Origin: Pirellula sp.
Lineage (GTDB): Bacteria > Planctomycetota > Planctomycetia > Pirellulales > Pirellulaceae
DNA: 64,000 nucleotides
NCBI GenBank assembly: GCA_031372345.1
Contig: JANMLD010000301.1
Coordinates: 888-64,887 of the forward strand
Direction of reading: 5' to 3'
Shown: positions 47,187 through 56,891 of the stretch, piece by piece
How positions within the stretch are numbered: position 1 is the stretch's first letter
Layout of the letters: each line of letters begins with the position of its first letter
Notes under the pieces: model-generated
What the model was told of the DNA's origin: nothing
Databases searched by the model: none
The model's input: the letters and a program-made list of their open reading frames with translations, nothing else
Translations under genes and position numbers: made by a program

Positions 47187-48767
47187 CTACAGTGTTTGCA
47201 TTCCATCCAGTCGAGTCAAGCACCGATCAATTCGTTTGAGCGTCTCTTGCTTGCCCAAGATCTCGAAGTAATCGAAAATCCCAAGGCCGTTCGATTTGCC
47301 GGTGACCGCGATGCGCAAGGCGCTGATACAAACGCCCAGTTTGATACCGCGCTGCTCCACGAACTGCTTTAGCTGTGGCTCAAGCGCAGCGTGCGTCATC
47401 GAATCTGCGGCTTCGAGAACCGTTCGGAAGTCTCGAAGCGCCGAAATCGCAATCGGCTCGCTCGCCAATCGCTTTTGAAACGCCTCTTGGTCTGTAGCCA
47501 AATTCTCCGCCGTAACAAAAAGTTCGTCGAACTGCAAAACATCGCCAGCCACCTTGATGCGATCCCCGGCAGCTTGAACAATCTTGCCCAATCGATCGGC
47601 GGCGTCGCACGGTGGTGGGTCAGCTATCAAGCCAGCTTTTTGCAGATACGGCAAAACCATGGCCACCTTTTTCTTCGGATCGAGGTTGTTCATCCAACGG
47701 GTCTGAAAGGCAACCAGTTTTTGTGGATCAAACGACGCGGGTGCTTTGTTGACCCGTTCCAAAGTAAAGTGCTTGATCGCGTCCTCCAGCGTAAAATGCT
47801 CCGTACTATCGTCGAGCGACCAGCCAAGCAACAGCAAGTAGTTTAAAACCGCGCTAGGCAAAAAGCCGGTTTCTCGATAGAAGTCGACGACCACAGGATT
47901 GAACGTTTCTTTGGTCACGTTCAAATGCGCGCGCTCTGCGATCGTCTCCCCCATGTGACAGAGCGATGCGAAGTCTTTTTGCTTGAGGTACTTATCCAGT
48001 TTTCTCTTGCTCAATTTGGCCGTTCCACCGGGCTCCGCCACGTACGGTAAATGTGCGTAGATCGGTAACGGATAGCCTAGGCTTTGCGCAATGAAAATTT
48101 GGCGAGGCGTGTTTGGCAAATGCTCTACGGCCCGTACAACGTGCGTGATTTGGAAATCAAAGTCGTCCACCACGCTGGCCAAGTGGTACAGGCAAGTGCC
48201 ATCGCCACGTTGTACTACGTGGTCTTGTTCGTCCGACCACTCAAAAGAACAGTCACCCCGAACGATGTCGTGGAATTGGCATCGGCCGGTTCGCGGCATC
48301 TTCAATCGCACGACCCCTTGACGACCCTCTGCCTCGAAGGCGGCCTTTTTTTCGGGCGTATCGGCCATGAAGCGGCGATCGTAGATATATGCCTTGCCAT
48401 CTTTTTTCGCTTGCTCTTTTTGCTCGTCCAACTCCTCGGTCTTGGCAAAGTCGACGTAAGCATGCCCAGATTCCAAGAGCTTGGCTGCAGCCGCTTGATA
48501 ACTGGCTGAACGTTGAGACTGAAAGTAGGGGACAAATGGACCGCCGACCTCTGGCCCTTCGTCCCAGTTCAGGCCGAGCCACTTGAATCCGTCCAAAATG
48601 GGTTGCAAAGCCGATTCCACGTTGCGTCCTTGATCGGTATCGTCGATTCGTAGCAGGAACTGGCCGCCGGCTTGCTTTGCTAGCAAGTAATTAAAAAGTG
48701 CAGTTCGAACACCGCCAATATGAAGGTATCCAGTTGGGCTAGGAGCAAAGCGAGTACGAATCGTCAT
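47187..48767 (-). CDS. gltX: Glutamate-tRNA ligase
   Basis: Motifs [21 protein letters not shown] and KLSKR, plus the anticodon-binding domain. Confidence 0.96.
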   Translation of the reverse strand: MTIRTRFAPSPTGYLHIGGVRTALFNYLLAKQAGGQFLLRIDDTDQGRNVESALQPILDGFKWLGLNWDEGPEVGGPFVPYFQSQRSASYQAAAAKLLESGHAYVDFAKTEELDEQKEQAKKDGKAYIYDRRFMADTPEKKAAFEAEGRQGVVRLKMPRTGRCQFHDIVRGDCSFEWSDEQDHVVQRGDGTCLYHLASVVDDFDFQITHVVRAVEHLPNTPRQIFIAQSLGYPLPIYAHLPYVAEPGGTAKLSKRKLDKYLKQKDFASLCHMGETIAERAHLNVTKETFNPVVVDFYRETGFLPSAVLNYLLLLGWSLDDSTEHFTLEDAIKHFTLERVNKAPASFDPQKLVAFQTRWMNNLDPKKKVAMVLPYLQKAGLIADPPPCDAADRLGKIVQAAGDRIKVAGDVLQFDELFVTAENLATDQEAFQKRLASEPIAISALRDFRTVLEAADSMTHAALEPQLKQFVEQRGIKLGVCISALRIAVTGKSNGLGIFDYFEILGKQETLKRIDRCLTRLDGMQTL

Positions 48768-48909
48768 CAGGTATCGACTTGAAAATGGAAACGAGGTCAG
48801 GTTGGAGCGAATCAGCCGTCAAGGTAACATGGTGGCTCGAATCCGTCACGTGTCCCGCTGGTTAGGCTGGACAAACTAACTGTCAGTTTTGAGTCAACAG
48901 GGTAGATTT

Positions 48910-50163
48910 ATGATACGAAAAGCACTCGTTGCGGCTTCACTTTTACTGATCGGGCTTTGCGTGGGCTGGAGTTTTCAAGGGTTCGGAATTGGTTTGCCCG
49001 CGGTTGCCGAGCCTCAACAAGACGGTTTCCAAACGGGCGGACCGATTCAGAACAATCCAGGCTTCAAGCCGGGACAACCAGTGGCGGGGGTCCAACAGGC
49101 TCAGCCATTCAACCTTCCTGGTGCACCCGGTCCGACGACTATTCCGCAAGGCCTATTCTTTCCCGATGGCTTTGTCGCCATGACGAGCGAGGAAGCCGTT
49201 AATGTTTCCGTCTACGACCGAACCAATCGAAGCGTAGTCAACATATCGACGAATTCCATTCGCCTAGAATCCATTTTTAGCGTGGCGGAAGTCGAGGGGA
49301 GCGGCAGCGGCAGCGTCATCGATCAACAAGGTCATATCTTGACGAACTATCACGTGATCGAGGGGGCCAAACAGATCAGCGTTATGCTTTTCAACACAGA
49401 CTCCTTTCCCGCCGAGCTTGTCGGGCAAGATCCGGACAACGACATTGCGATTCTGAAAATCGACGCTCCCGAGGCACTCTTGTTTCCTGTGAATTGGGGG
49501 GACTCGTCCAACCTCCGAGTGGGTCAGCATATTATCGCCATCGGCAATCCGTTTGGGCTGGAGAGGACCATGAGCACGGGCATCATCTCGAGCTTGAACC
49601 GCCAGATCAAGACCAAGACGAAACGGGTCATTCGATCGATCATTCAGATCGACGCGGCCCTCAATCAAGGCAACTCAGGCGGGCCACTGCTCAACTCTCG
49701 GGGTGAGTTGATTGGGATGAACACGGCCATCGCAACGCGCAGTGGGGACAATGCCGGCATAGGATTTGCGATACCCATCAATACTATTCGTCGCGTTGTA
49801 CCGCAACTGATTGCGACGGGACGCGTGCAACGGCCAACGATTGGCATCATGCAAGTTTTCGAAACAGACAGGGGGCTTCTGGTCGTCAACTTGACTCCGA
49901 ACGGCCCTGCTGAGAAAGCGGGACTAAAAGGTTCAAAGCTAGAAAGAAAAAAGGTCCGTCGGGGTGTACTCCCATTTGAGTACGATACGTTCGATCACAG
50001 CCAATCCGACTTGATTGTCGGTATCGACGGTCACAAAGTGAAGCAATCCGACGATTTGCTGAGCGTCATTGAAACCAAAAGATCCGGGGATCAGGTTATC
50101 TTGAATGTGATCCGAAACGGACAGATCATCCAAGTACCGATCGTGCTTGGGGGCAGCGAATAA
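48910..50163 (+). CDS. HtrA/DegP-like S1C serine protease with one PDZ domain
   Basis: Catalytic triad motifs TNYHV, DIAILK and GNSGGPL, N-terminal TM/signal and C-terminal PDZ. Confidence 0.93.
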   Translation: MIRKALVAASLLLIGLCVGWSFQGFGIGLPAVAEPQQDGFQTGGPIQNNPGFKPGQPVAGVQQAQPFNLPGAPGPTTIPQGLFFPDGFVAMTSEEAVNVSVYDRTNRSVVNISTNSIRLESIFSVAEVEGSGSGSVIDQQGHILTNYHVIEGAKQISVMLFNTDSFPAELVGQDPDNDIAILKIDAPEALLFPVNWGDSSNLRVGQHIIAIGNPFGLERTMSTGIISSLNRQIKTKTKRVIRSIIQIDAALNQGNSGGPLLNSRGELIGMNTAIATRSGDNAGIGFAIPINTIRRVVPQLIATGRVQRPTIGIMQVFETDRGLLVVNLTPNGPAEKAGLKGSKLERKKVRRGVLPFEYDTFDHSQSDLIVGIDGHKVKQSDDLLSVIETKRSGDQVILNVIRNGQIIQVPIVLGGSE

Positions 50164-50193
50164 CGTGAACGGCGTAGCGAAGTTGTGCTACAC

Positions 50194-50310
50194 TAAGGCG
50201 AAAACTACCTACCAAGGGTTCCAATGGGAGAGCGAGGCTCCTGCCGAGCTTGGCTTTGGTTCGGCAGGAGCCTCTCCCTCCCTTTGTAAACAATGCTGCC
50301 GCTCGCGTAA
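50194..50310 (+). mobile_element. MITE-like element (left end partly deleted) carrying a family C REP doublet
   Basis: taaggcg[12-nt deletion]aaaactacc, then the family C palindrome at 50226-50282, then ctgccgctcgcgtaa. Confidence 0.6.
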
Positions 50311-50321
50311 GGAGAATTTGC

Positions 50322-50924
50322 ATGAAATCGATTCGCATCGGAGTTGTACTGGGCTTAACGTCACTCATGTCGTTGACCTTATGGTCTCAGCAACCCCGAA
50401 ACAATGAGCCAACCCGGGAACAAATCCTCGCTGCATTTGAGCAGAACGAAAAGAGAGACAAATTGCTGGACCCCAGAACTTTTTTGTCTTTCGTTGGGGA
50501 GTACAAAAAGCTGCATAGAGTTACGCAGGTACCCTATGAAATGTCTCCAAATACAGCGGGCCTTTGTATTGAACCGAAATCCAACTCTGCAGTGCATGGC
50601 GATCGCTTTTGCGATGTGTACGTTACAACGAATGCGAAGGATGCAATGGAGAAAGGCAATGCCACCTACCCAGTCGATAGCATCGTTGTGAAGGTGAAGT
50701 ATCCAGATCGTAATCGGTCAAAAATCGAGCTTTTTACCGTCATGCGAAAAATGAAGGTTGGATACGATTCGAAGCACGGCGATTGGGAATACAGCGTGAT
50801 CGATGCGGAAGCCACTCACGTCTTGGCACGAGGACATGTTGAATCCTGTGTGTCATGCCATGACGAATACGCAAAATCGGACTTCGTGACCAGAACTTAC
50901 ATGAAAAAGCCAGCTGCGAAATGA
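50322..50924 (+). CDS. Cytochrome P460 family c-type cytochrome
   Basis: Signal peptide, YP..SIVVK, TVMRK...GYD...GDWEY and a C-terminal CVSCH heme motif. RBS aaggag upstream. Confidence 0.75.
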   Translation: MKSIRIGVVLGLTSLMSLTLWSQQPRNNEPTREQILAAFEQNEKRDKLLDPRTFLSFVGEYKKLHRVTQVPYEMSPNTAGLCIEPKSNSAVHGDRFCDVYVTTNAKDAMEKGNATYPVDSIVVKVKYPDRNRSKIELFTVMRKMKVGYDSKHGDWEYSVIDAEATHVLARGHVESCVSCHDEYAKSDFVTRTYMKKPAAK

Positions 50925-51008
50925 ATGGATCTCTCTGGTCTCTACTGTGATTGGCGGGCACAAAGTACCCAGAATTTGCCCGCCTGCGAACTGGCCTCAC
51001 AAACCGCT

Positions 51009-52154
51009 CTAATGAGCTTGAACGAGACCCATTTTGATCGATTGATTTGCGTCGGTCGACAGCGATGTGGAGCCTTCCAAAGCGATCACGATCCTTCTGC
51101 CACTTGCCTCTGTAATTCGACCTACCTGATGGTTTCCTTTTTCGTCCAGGACCACCATCGTCCAACCGACGTTGAGCTTATACACGTCTGGCAGTTCGAT
51201 CAACAACTCTCCAAGTTGCTTTTGATTGCTAACCACACGAGCAGCAATCAGCTGTTCTGGATTGGAAATTGCATTAGAAGAAATGTCTTTCGAGCTTCCC
51301 CGTTTGGCGACGATGACAGGTTCGGTACCCGGAAGGACACCTGCGTCTCGAACGCGATAGGAGACTTTTGCTACCGAACCGTTTCGCGACTGGATACCCG
51401 AGGTGCTGCCTTCCAGCGTTCGCCCAGGTGTCTTATTCTCGTAACCTTCAGGTTTTCGGCCCTCGTAGTCCGGAGCAGTGATCTCCTCGATCTCGCTTGG
51501 GGGTGGTGCAGGCACTTCTTCAATGGGTTTTGCGGGCGGGCACGGACATTTCTTGAGAAGTCCGGCAGCGGCAACGCGAATCTCTTTAACGGGTTCCTTC
51601 ATGCAGCCATTGGCATCCATGCCTGTCGAGATATCTTGTACTTTCTTCAAGATTTCTTCGGTGCAGCAAGTGGTTTCGCATCCAGTGCGGCAAGCTGAGC
51701 AGTTGCCCGCAGCTTTGCAGAGTCCCTCAACGGCTGCTTTGCGAACATCTGGATCGCAATCATCCAGAGCGGCCAAGAATGCTTTAGCGACCTTGTCGTC
51801 TTTGTTGTAGCAACCGCAGTTCACTTCTGCCAAGAAATTGATGGCTTTGATTTTTTGTTTCTTGAGATCTTTATCCGTCTTGATCTTCGCAGCCGTCTTG
51901 ATCATTTCCGGTTTTTCAGGCTGCAAATTGGCAGGATCGGCGATCTTCAATAGGGGCGGCTTCTTCTCGAGGTTGGGGTAGTTTCCCGACCTGTTGATAC
52001 TTGAGTCGCGTATTCGTGCAGCCGCTTGTGGAATTCCCAGTTTGTCCCAGACGGTGGGAACGGGCAGTGGATTTGCCACGCATCCTACGAAAGAACTCAG
52101 AAAACATGCGGCTGCCAAACGAGAAGCTGCGCCAGTTGAATGAAAGCGATCCAT
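51009..52154 (-). CDS. Cys-rich HEAT-like putative lipoprotein
   Basis: Lipobox-like FLSSFVG-C, 12 Cys in ~95 aa around a D.DPDVRKAAVEGL HEAT-like motif, a Pro-rich linker and a beta-rich C-terminus. Confidence 0.7.
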   Translation of the reverse strand: MDRFHSTGAASRLAAACFLSSFVGCVANPLPVPTVWDKLGIPQAAARIRDSSINRSGNYPNLEKKPPLLKIADPANLQPEKPEMIKTAAKIKTDKDLKKQKIKAINFLAEVNCGCYNKDDKVAKAFLAALDDCDPDVRKAAVEGLCKAAGNCSACRTGCETTCCTEEILKKVQDISTGMDANGCMKEPVKEIRVAAAGLLKKCPCPPAKPIEEVPAPPPSEIEEITAPDYEGRKPEGYENKTPGRTLEGSTSGIQSRNGSVAKVSYRVRDAGVLPGTEPVIVAKRGSSKDISSNAISNPEQLIAARVVSNQKQLGELLIELPDVYKLNVGWTMVVLDEKGNHQVGRITEASGRRIVIALEGSTSLSTDANQSIKMGLVQAH

Positions 52155-52453
52155 CGCATTATTCCTGATTTGAAGTTCAGCAGGCACGCCAAAGGTGTGG
52201 GTCTACCAAACGGAAAACAATCCATTGATGGAAAATTTATCGGAAGCTCAGGCCGAAAGATTCTACCTTTGTACCCTGGGTGGTATTCTTTAACCAATCC
52301 GCCGAATCGCAACCTCCCGTAGGCAAAAGAGGGCGAATGATAGCATTCGCGCGTTGTTTAGTGTCATGCTAGCGAAAACGTATGGCGAGGCCTGGGCTAG
52401 GTAAATGCTTGGGCCTTTGGCCCGAAATACAATCAAGCATGCAACTTCAAAAA

Positions 52454-52486
52454 GCGTAAGCGAGGGACCATTTCGCAGGTCCCTCG
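52454..52486 (-). repeat. Truncated family B REP
   Basis: gcgtaagcgagggaccatttcgcaggtccctc differs by 1 nt over 32 from the reverse complement of the core at ~5172-5203. Confidence 0.8.
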
Positions 52487-52512
52487 GGAGGATTTCAAGG
52501 CCACTTGTAAAC

Positions 52513-55500
52513 TCAGGGGAGTGTCGGACGACTATCGTCCCAGTAAACCGCTAGTGGTTTGTTTTTGGTTTGGCTGTTTCCTGCACGATCCACCGTTCTT
52601 GCAACGATGGTGACGAATCCGCCAGGGGTTCCAACGAGTGATTTCGAATCGAGGAACACTCGACTCCGTTTCCCGTCTCGTTCCCAACGAGACGAATCGA
52701 GAGGCGTGAGAATCCGATTGGGATTGTATTCCGTATTCGCCCCGTCGTTATCCTTACTAATCGCAAAATCAACGGTTAGAACGCCGGAGCCCAAGTCGCC
52801 GTCCACAGGCTCGATCCAAATTTCGAGGATTCCACCTGCCTTTAACTCCGGTTTTCCAACGCATTGGATGTTGCTGACCGTTGGTATGTCGAGATCGAAA
52901 ATCAACTCGGTTTTCGCTGTTAAGTTTCCACTTATGAGTTGAATCGAATAGATTCCATTCAAGCGATTATCGATTCCTTTTGTTTGCCAAACCTTCAATT
53001 CGCCTGGATCATAGGCAAGGGTGAGCATTCCATCGTCGTCGGTGGTTGCAATCTCAACCGACACGGATCGGTCGCTTTCGACTTCTTGACGATCTATTTG
53101 AATGGCTTGCCCACCTTCCTCCTTAGAGAAGATGAGCAACGCGCTCTGGTTTAGACCGAAATCTGCCTTGGCCTGAACTTGGATGCCGTCGTAAAAAATT
53201 GCCTCCCCGTCGATCTTGTTCGGAAACACCCAACGTTGTCCCGACTTTTTCAATTCCACCGGTTTTGCGAACTGTTTGGACAACGGTTCGATCGCGTCGA
53301 TTTCGATGCGTGCCGGAAATACCTCTTCTAATCTGGAAGAGTTTGGCTTGGCCAGATAAGTGATCGCCCGTGGGTATCGTCCAACTTCCAAGTCGAACCG
53401 AAAACTCTTGTTCGGATCCATTGGCTCGCCAGTGAATGTAGCGATTGGGCTCTCTTTGGAGAGCTTAATGGAACTCGATTTCATCGTATGGGTCTGTTGG
53501 ATTTTGGACTTCAGATCGGTCCATTCGGAATGAACTTCGATAGGCAACTCCTTGAGATCAAACTGTTGCCAGAACTCGAGTGGCCCTTCCAGTTTCATCT
53601 TTATCTTTTGCTCCAACTCGACACTACTGGGTTCCACCAGCACCAGCTCACTTGAAACCGGGTTAGAAGGCTTAAATCGACCAACCCAACGTTCCGGATT
53701 TCCTCGAGCAATATCAACGTCCCCCTTGTTTTCGAATTCGTCGATTTGGAAAATCAAAAGATCGTTGTATGCTTCGATACTCAAGGCCGGTTTGGCCTTT
53801 GAAACATTCTTGGCCGTGCGAAGTGGCGTTGGAACGTCTTGGGAATTCTGGCTATACGCTGGCAGAATGATGGTGGCCGAGGACGCCAATAGAGACGCTT
53901 CGGGAAGTTTTTTCTCCCGAAGCAAAACAGATACCTCGTTGCGGCGGATTGCATAGATCGACAGTTTGACCTTTCGCTCTATGAGTTGTTTATTTGCTAA
54001 GGAAAAGGAATACCGGCTGGTTGCGCCGAAAACCGCCGGGCTTTCAAAATCAAACTGTTCCAACGATTCGAGGGAAGCGATGTCGCTACTATGAACAGGC
54101 AGTTGTTTCTGAACGCCGCGGTCCGTATGGGTGACTACGAGCTGAACTCTCGCCGCATTTCGAAAGATCGGGATACGCAGTGGATTGGAAGCGATGCCCT
54201 CTGAGTCAAACGCGACTAATTTGATGGTGCATGGACTGGGGACGATTTGGTCGGAAGACAATTTGCAGTTAAAAAACAACCCCTTGGCATTGGGCTGGAC
54301 CAATTCCTTCGATTCTCTCTTCAAGGGTCTGCCACCAATCGAAAGTTGCATTCCCGGCAATGCATTGCTGTTGCTTGATTCAATGGACCACTCTAATCCG
54401 CAACTCGGTACATCCGTTTCATCCCCGTATTTGATATCGATCGCAAGCTGGGACTCCTCGCTTTCGCGGGGGAAATCCAGGCGTTCAAAATTAGGCCTGA
54501 TTGACAATCGAATGGCTCTGGATTTGGTTGGTGAAACGACAATTCCCGAATGCGATTTGGATAGTTCCATTGATGGGGAAAATCCGAATTCAATGAGGCT
54601 TAAGTAGTGCCATTCGTGAAGAGTCCGGCGACTGGCCAAAGTCTCACCAAGCCTACTGATCTCTTGAACAAACAATTGCCCCCAAGCGAGCAATGCCTTA
54701 TTGTCGCTTGCCGGCACAGCCAGTGCCGAGTCGAAAAAAAACGAAGAGGCGCGTCGAAGGCTTTTGCAATACCACTCCGACTTGGCGGAAGCGCTGTCGT
54801 CCAGGTCGTTGACCTTTAGAAGTTTTCGTAGGTCTTCGTCGTTTTTCGAAACGGTATCGGTGATTTCCTTTTTGGCGAGTAGCTCTGTGAGCTCCTTGCG
54901 TTGTTCATAGCGTAGAAGCGGACTGGCTAATAGCAATTGAATGGTTCGCTCGTCGATCCAAGTCAGCTTTCCCGGGCGTCGAACCGAAGCGATGATCCTG
55001 GAAAGACTTGTACTCAGGTTGCGTTTCAGTCTCCCGGCAAAATCCGATATTCGCAGTTCGCTTGATTTCCTCAGTGCGAATTCGGAATCGTTCTCTGGGA
55101 GGGAGCGTCGAGCCTGTTCCAAAACATCGAACAACCGGTCATAGTCCGTTTGCAATTCATCCGGAAACACCAACGCCAAATCTCGCCAAAAAACAAGCTC
55201 GGAGAGGCAATCAATGTAGGTTCGATACTCATTTCGAATTCGTCGCCACGGTTCCCGTTCGAGATCGTTTAGGACGGTTTCGTCTTTCCATAGTTTTTGG
55301 TTTCGATTCGTGGTTAAGAAGTCATTCCAAGCTTGCGATAATTGGCCACTACTTTCGCTGGCTGGTGCGCCGGATTCTTGCAAGCCATAGAACACATTCA
55401 ATTCTTGTTCGTAGGATTGTGCTTTGGCCGCGTCGAGCGAAGCGTCCAATTGTAGTTTGCGCCAAAGGAACGGTGCAAATTCAGCCGGGGTCCATCGCCA

Positions 55501-56730
55501 CTTCTTTTGTCCATCGCTGCTTGCTTGGAGTATTCGATCTCGCAATTGCCAAAACCGAAGGGATGGGTCGGGGTCAAGAGTCGGCGGCGTGTCTTGGGAA
55601 GGAAGACCGCCGGTTAACGCATCTTGGCCGTTTGAGTTCATTGAAACGAGATTGGATTTGAGATCGATGCCAACAGATTTATTTGTTCCTTTACTATCGT
55701 TGTTTGTTTCTTTGCTAGGGGTGTTTGGTTGCGTTTTGGTTTTGACGCTCCCTTTGTTTTCGGAAAGCATCACTTGATTTGCCATCTGCCAGGACTTCGC
55801 TGTGTCCGGGGAGCAAACTTCAGCCTTGTTGGCATTGATCAGTCGAGGGGATTGTTTCCCATCGCTTGCGGCGGAACAATAGCGAACAGTCATTTCGAAG
55901 TAATCTGCGAGGTATAGGTAGTTTTTTTTGGGTGCCCTTTGGAGAGAATGCTCGCAGGCAGCTTGAAAAAGCGTTCGTTTGCGTTTTGACGAATAGTGAG
56001 TCGATTGAGCGTCGGTGGCCGCGCAGACGATCCAAAGCTGGTTGTCGGGAAGATTGGAATCCTTGGACAGTCTCTCACATGCTTTAACCAAATAGGAGGC
56101 GACCGGGTTTACGAACCAGCCGCGATGGGGCACCGCCTTCAAGTCGCAGATATCCGCCATCAAGACAATGTTTTTTGCGGGGACTTTTTTGAGCCGCTTT
56201 AGGAGTTCATAGATGGGGTAGACGGTATCGTCAGACGCGTTCTTATTACCGGTGGTTTCACCAACGAACAAACCGCAATTCCATTCACCAAGAGGGTCCA
56301 AAGCGACCACGGCATGGCACCTCAATTGAACGATCAGGGTATCTTGGTTGTTCAGCCCCTGCCCTTGGAGTAGAGTGGGCAATTCGGTCAGGGCGGCTTC
56401 CAAATTCGGACGGTTCTGTAGATCTTGATACTTCTCGGAAGGGACAACCGTCCACGGCTTCAGGCCATTTTCTTTGGCGATAGCCTCAAAACCCTGTAGG
56501 TCCCAAACACCAAACATGGGTTGTGGAACCCGCTCATCGTAGTCGGTAACAGCAACGCTAACGACAAAGGTCCTGCCGATCGAATTCCTAAAAAGCATGG
56601 ACACAAAGATACCGGTGAGTACCATCATAGAAATGGCTAGGAAGGCAACGGTCACTCTTCGATTTGTGGATTTGGACGGTTCGGCGGTCCATGATCGGTT
56701 TTCAAGTTGAATGCCTGATCCTTGTGACAT
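52513..56730 (-). CDS. ~1405-aa membrane-anchored protein with N-terminal caspase-like (peptidase C14-fold) domain and C-terminal Ig-like domain
   Basis: TM helix, then FVVSVAVTDY, DTLIVQLRCHA, NIVLMADIC, IVCAATDAQST and KQSP in caspase order. C-terminal DGDLGSGV and TVDRAGN. Start set at ATG 56730 to avoid overlapping tssK. Confidence 0.65.
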   Translation of the reverse strand: MSQGSGIQLENRSWTAEPSKSTNRRVTVAFLAISMMVLTGIFVSMLFRNSIGRTFVVSVAVTDYDERVPQPMFGVWDLQGFEAIAKENGLKPWTVVPSEKYQDLQNRPNLEAALTELPTLLQGQGLNNQDTLIVQLRCHAVVALDPLGEWNCGLFVGETTGNKNASDDTVYPIYELLKRLKKVPAKNIVLMADICDLKAVPHRGWFVNPVASYLVKACERLSKDSNLPDNQLWIVCAATDAQSTHYSSKRKRTLFQAACEHSLQRAPKKNYLYLADYFEMTVRYCSAASDGKQSPRLINANKAEVCSPDTAKSWQMANQVMLSENKGSVKTKTQPNTPSKETNNDSKGTNKSVGIDLKSNLVSMNSNGQDALTGGLPSQDTPPTLDPDPSLRFWQLRDRILQASSDGQKKWRWTPAEFAPFLWRKLQLDASLDAAKAQSYEQELNVFYGLQESGAPASESSGQLSQAWNDFLTTNRNQKLWKDETVLNDLEREPWRRIRNEYRTYIDCLSELVFWRDLALVFPDELQTDYDRLFDVLEQARRSLPENDSEFALRKSSELRISDFAGRLKRNLSTSLSRIIASVRRPGKLTWIDERTIQLLLASPLLRYEQRKELTELLAKKEITDTVSKNDEDLRKLLKVNDLDDSASAKSEWYCKSLRRASSFFFDSALAVPASDNKALLAWGQLFVQEISRLGETLASRRTLHEWHYLSLIEFGFSPSMELSKSHSGIVVSPTKSRAIRLSIRPNFERLDFPRESEESQLAIDIKYGDETDVPSCGLEWSIESSNSNALPGMQLSIGGRPLKRESKELVQPNAKGLFFNCKLSSDQIVPSPCTIKLVAFDSEGIASNPLRIPIFRNAARVQLVVTHTDRGVQKQLPVHSSDIASLESLEQFDFESPAVFGATSRYSFSLANKQLIERKVKLSIYAIRRNEVSVLLREKKLPEASLLASSATIILPAYSQNSQDVPTPLRTAKNVSKAKPALSIEAYNDLLIFQIDEFENKGDVDIARGNPERWVGRFKPSNPVSSELVLVEPSSVELEQKIKMKLEGPLEFWQQFDLKELPIEVHSEWTDLKSKIQQTHTMKSSSIKLSKESPIATFTGEPMDPNKSFRFDLEVGRYPRAITYLAKPNSSRLEEVFPARIEIDAIEPLSKQFAKPVELKKSGQRWVFPNKIDGEAIFYDGIQVQAKADFGLNQSALLIFSKEEGGQAIQIDRQEVESDRSVSVEIATTDDDGMLTLAYDPGELKVWQTKGIDNRLNGIYSIQLISGNLTAKTELIFDLDIPTVSNIQCVGKPELKAGGILEIWIEPVDGDLGSGVLTVDFAISKDNDGANTEYNPNRILTPLDSSRWERDGKRSRVFLDSKSLVGTPGGFVTIVARTVDRAGNSQTKNKPLAVYWDDSRPTLP

Positions 56731-56891
56731 TTGGCTTTTCCTGAATCGTGGGCTCGATGGAATGCATTCGAAAAGAGCATTGTAACGCCCATTCGCCTCG
56801 CTATGATATGGCCATGTCCCTCGATTTGAGCCTGTGTCTAGCGGGAAACGGGGCTCGATGGTTGTTTTCCTATTTCGCAACGGTAGCAACA

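Noticed and set aside
50925-51698. 257-aa plus-strand ORF, and the many other 60-250 aa overlapping ORFs in the track
   Set aside because: They lie antisense or out of frame to well-supported genes and show no recognisable motifs, so they are treated as shadow ORFs.
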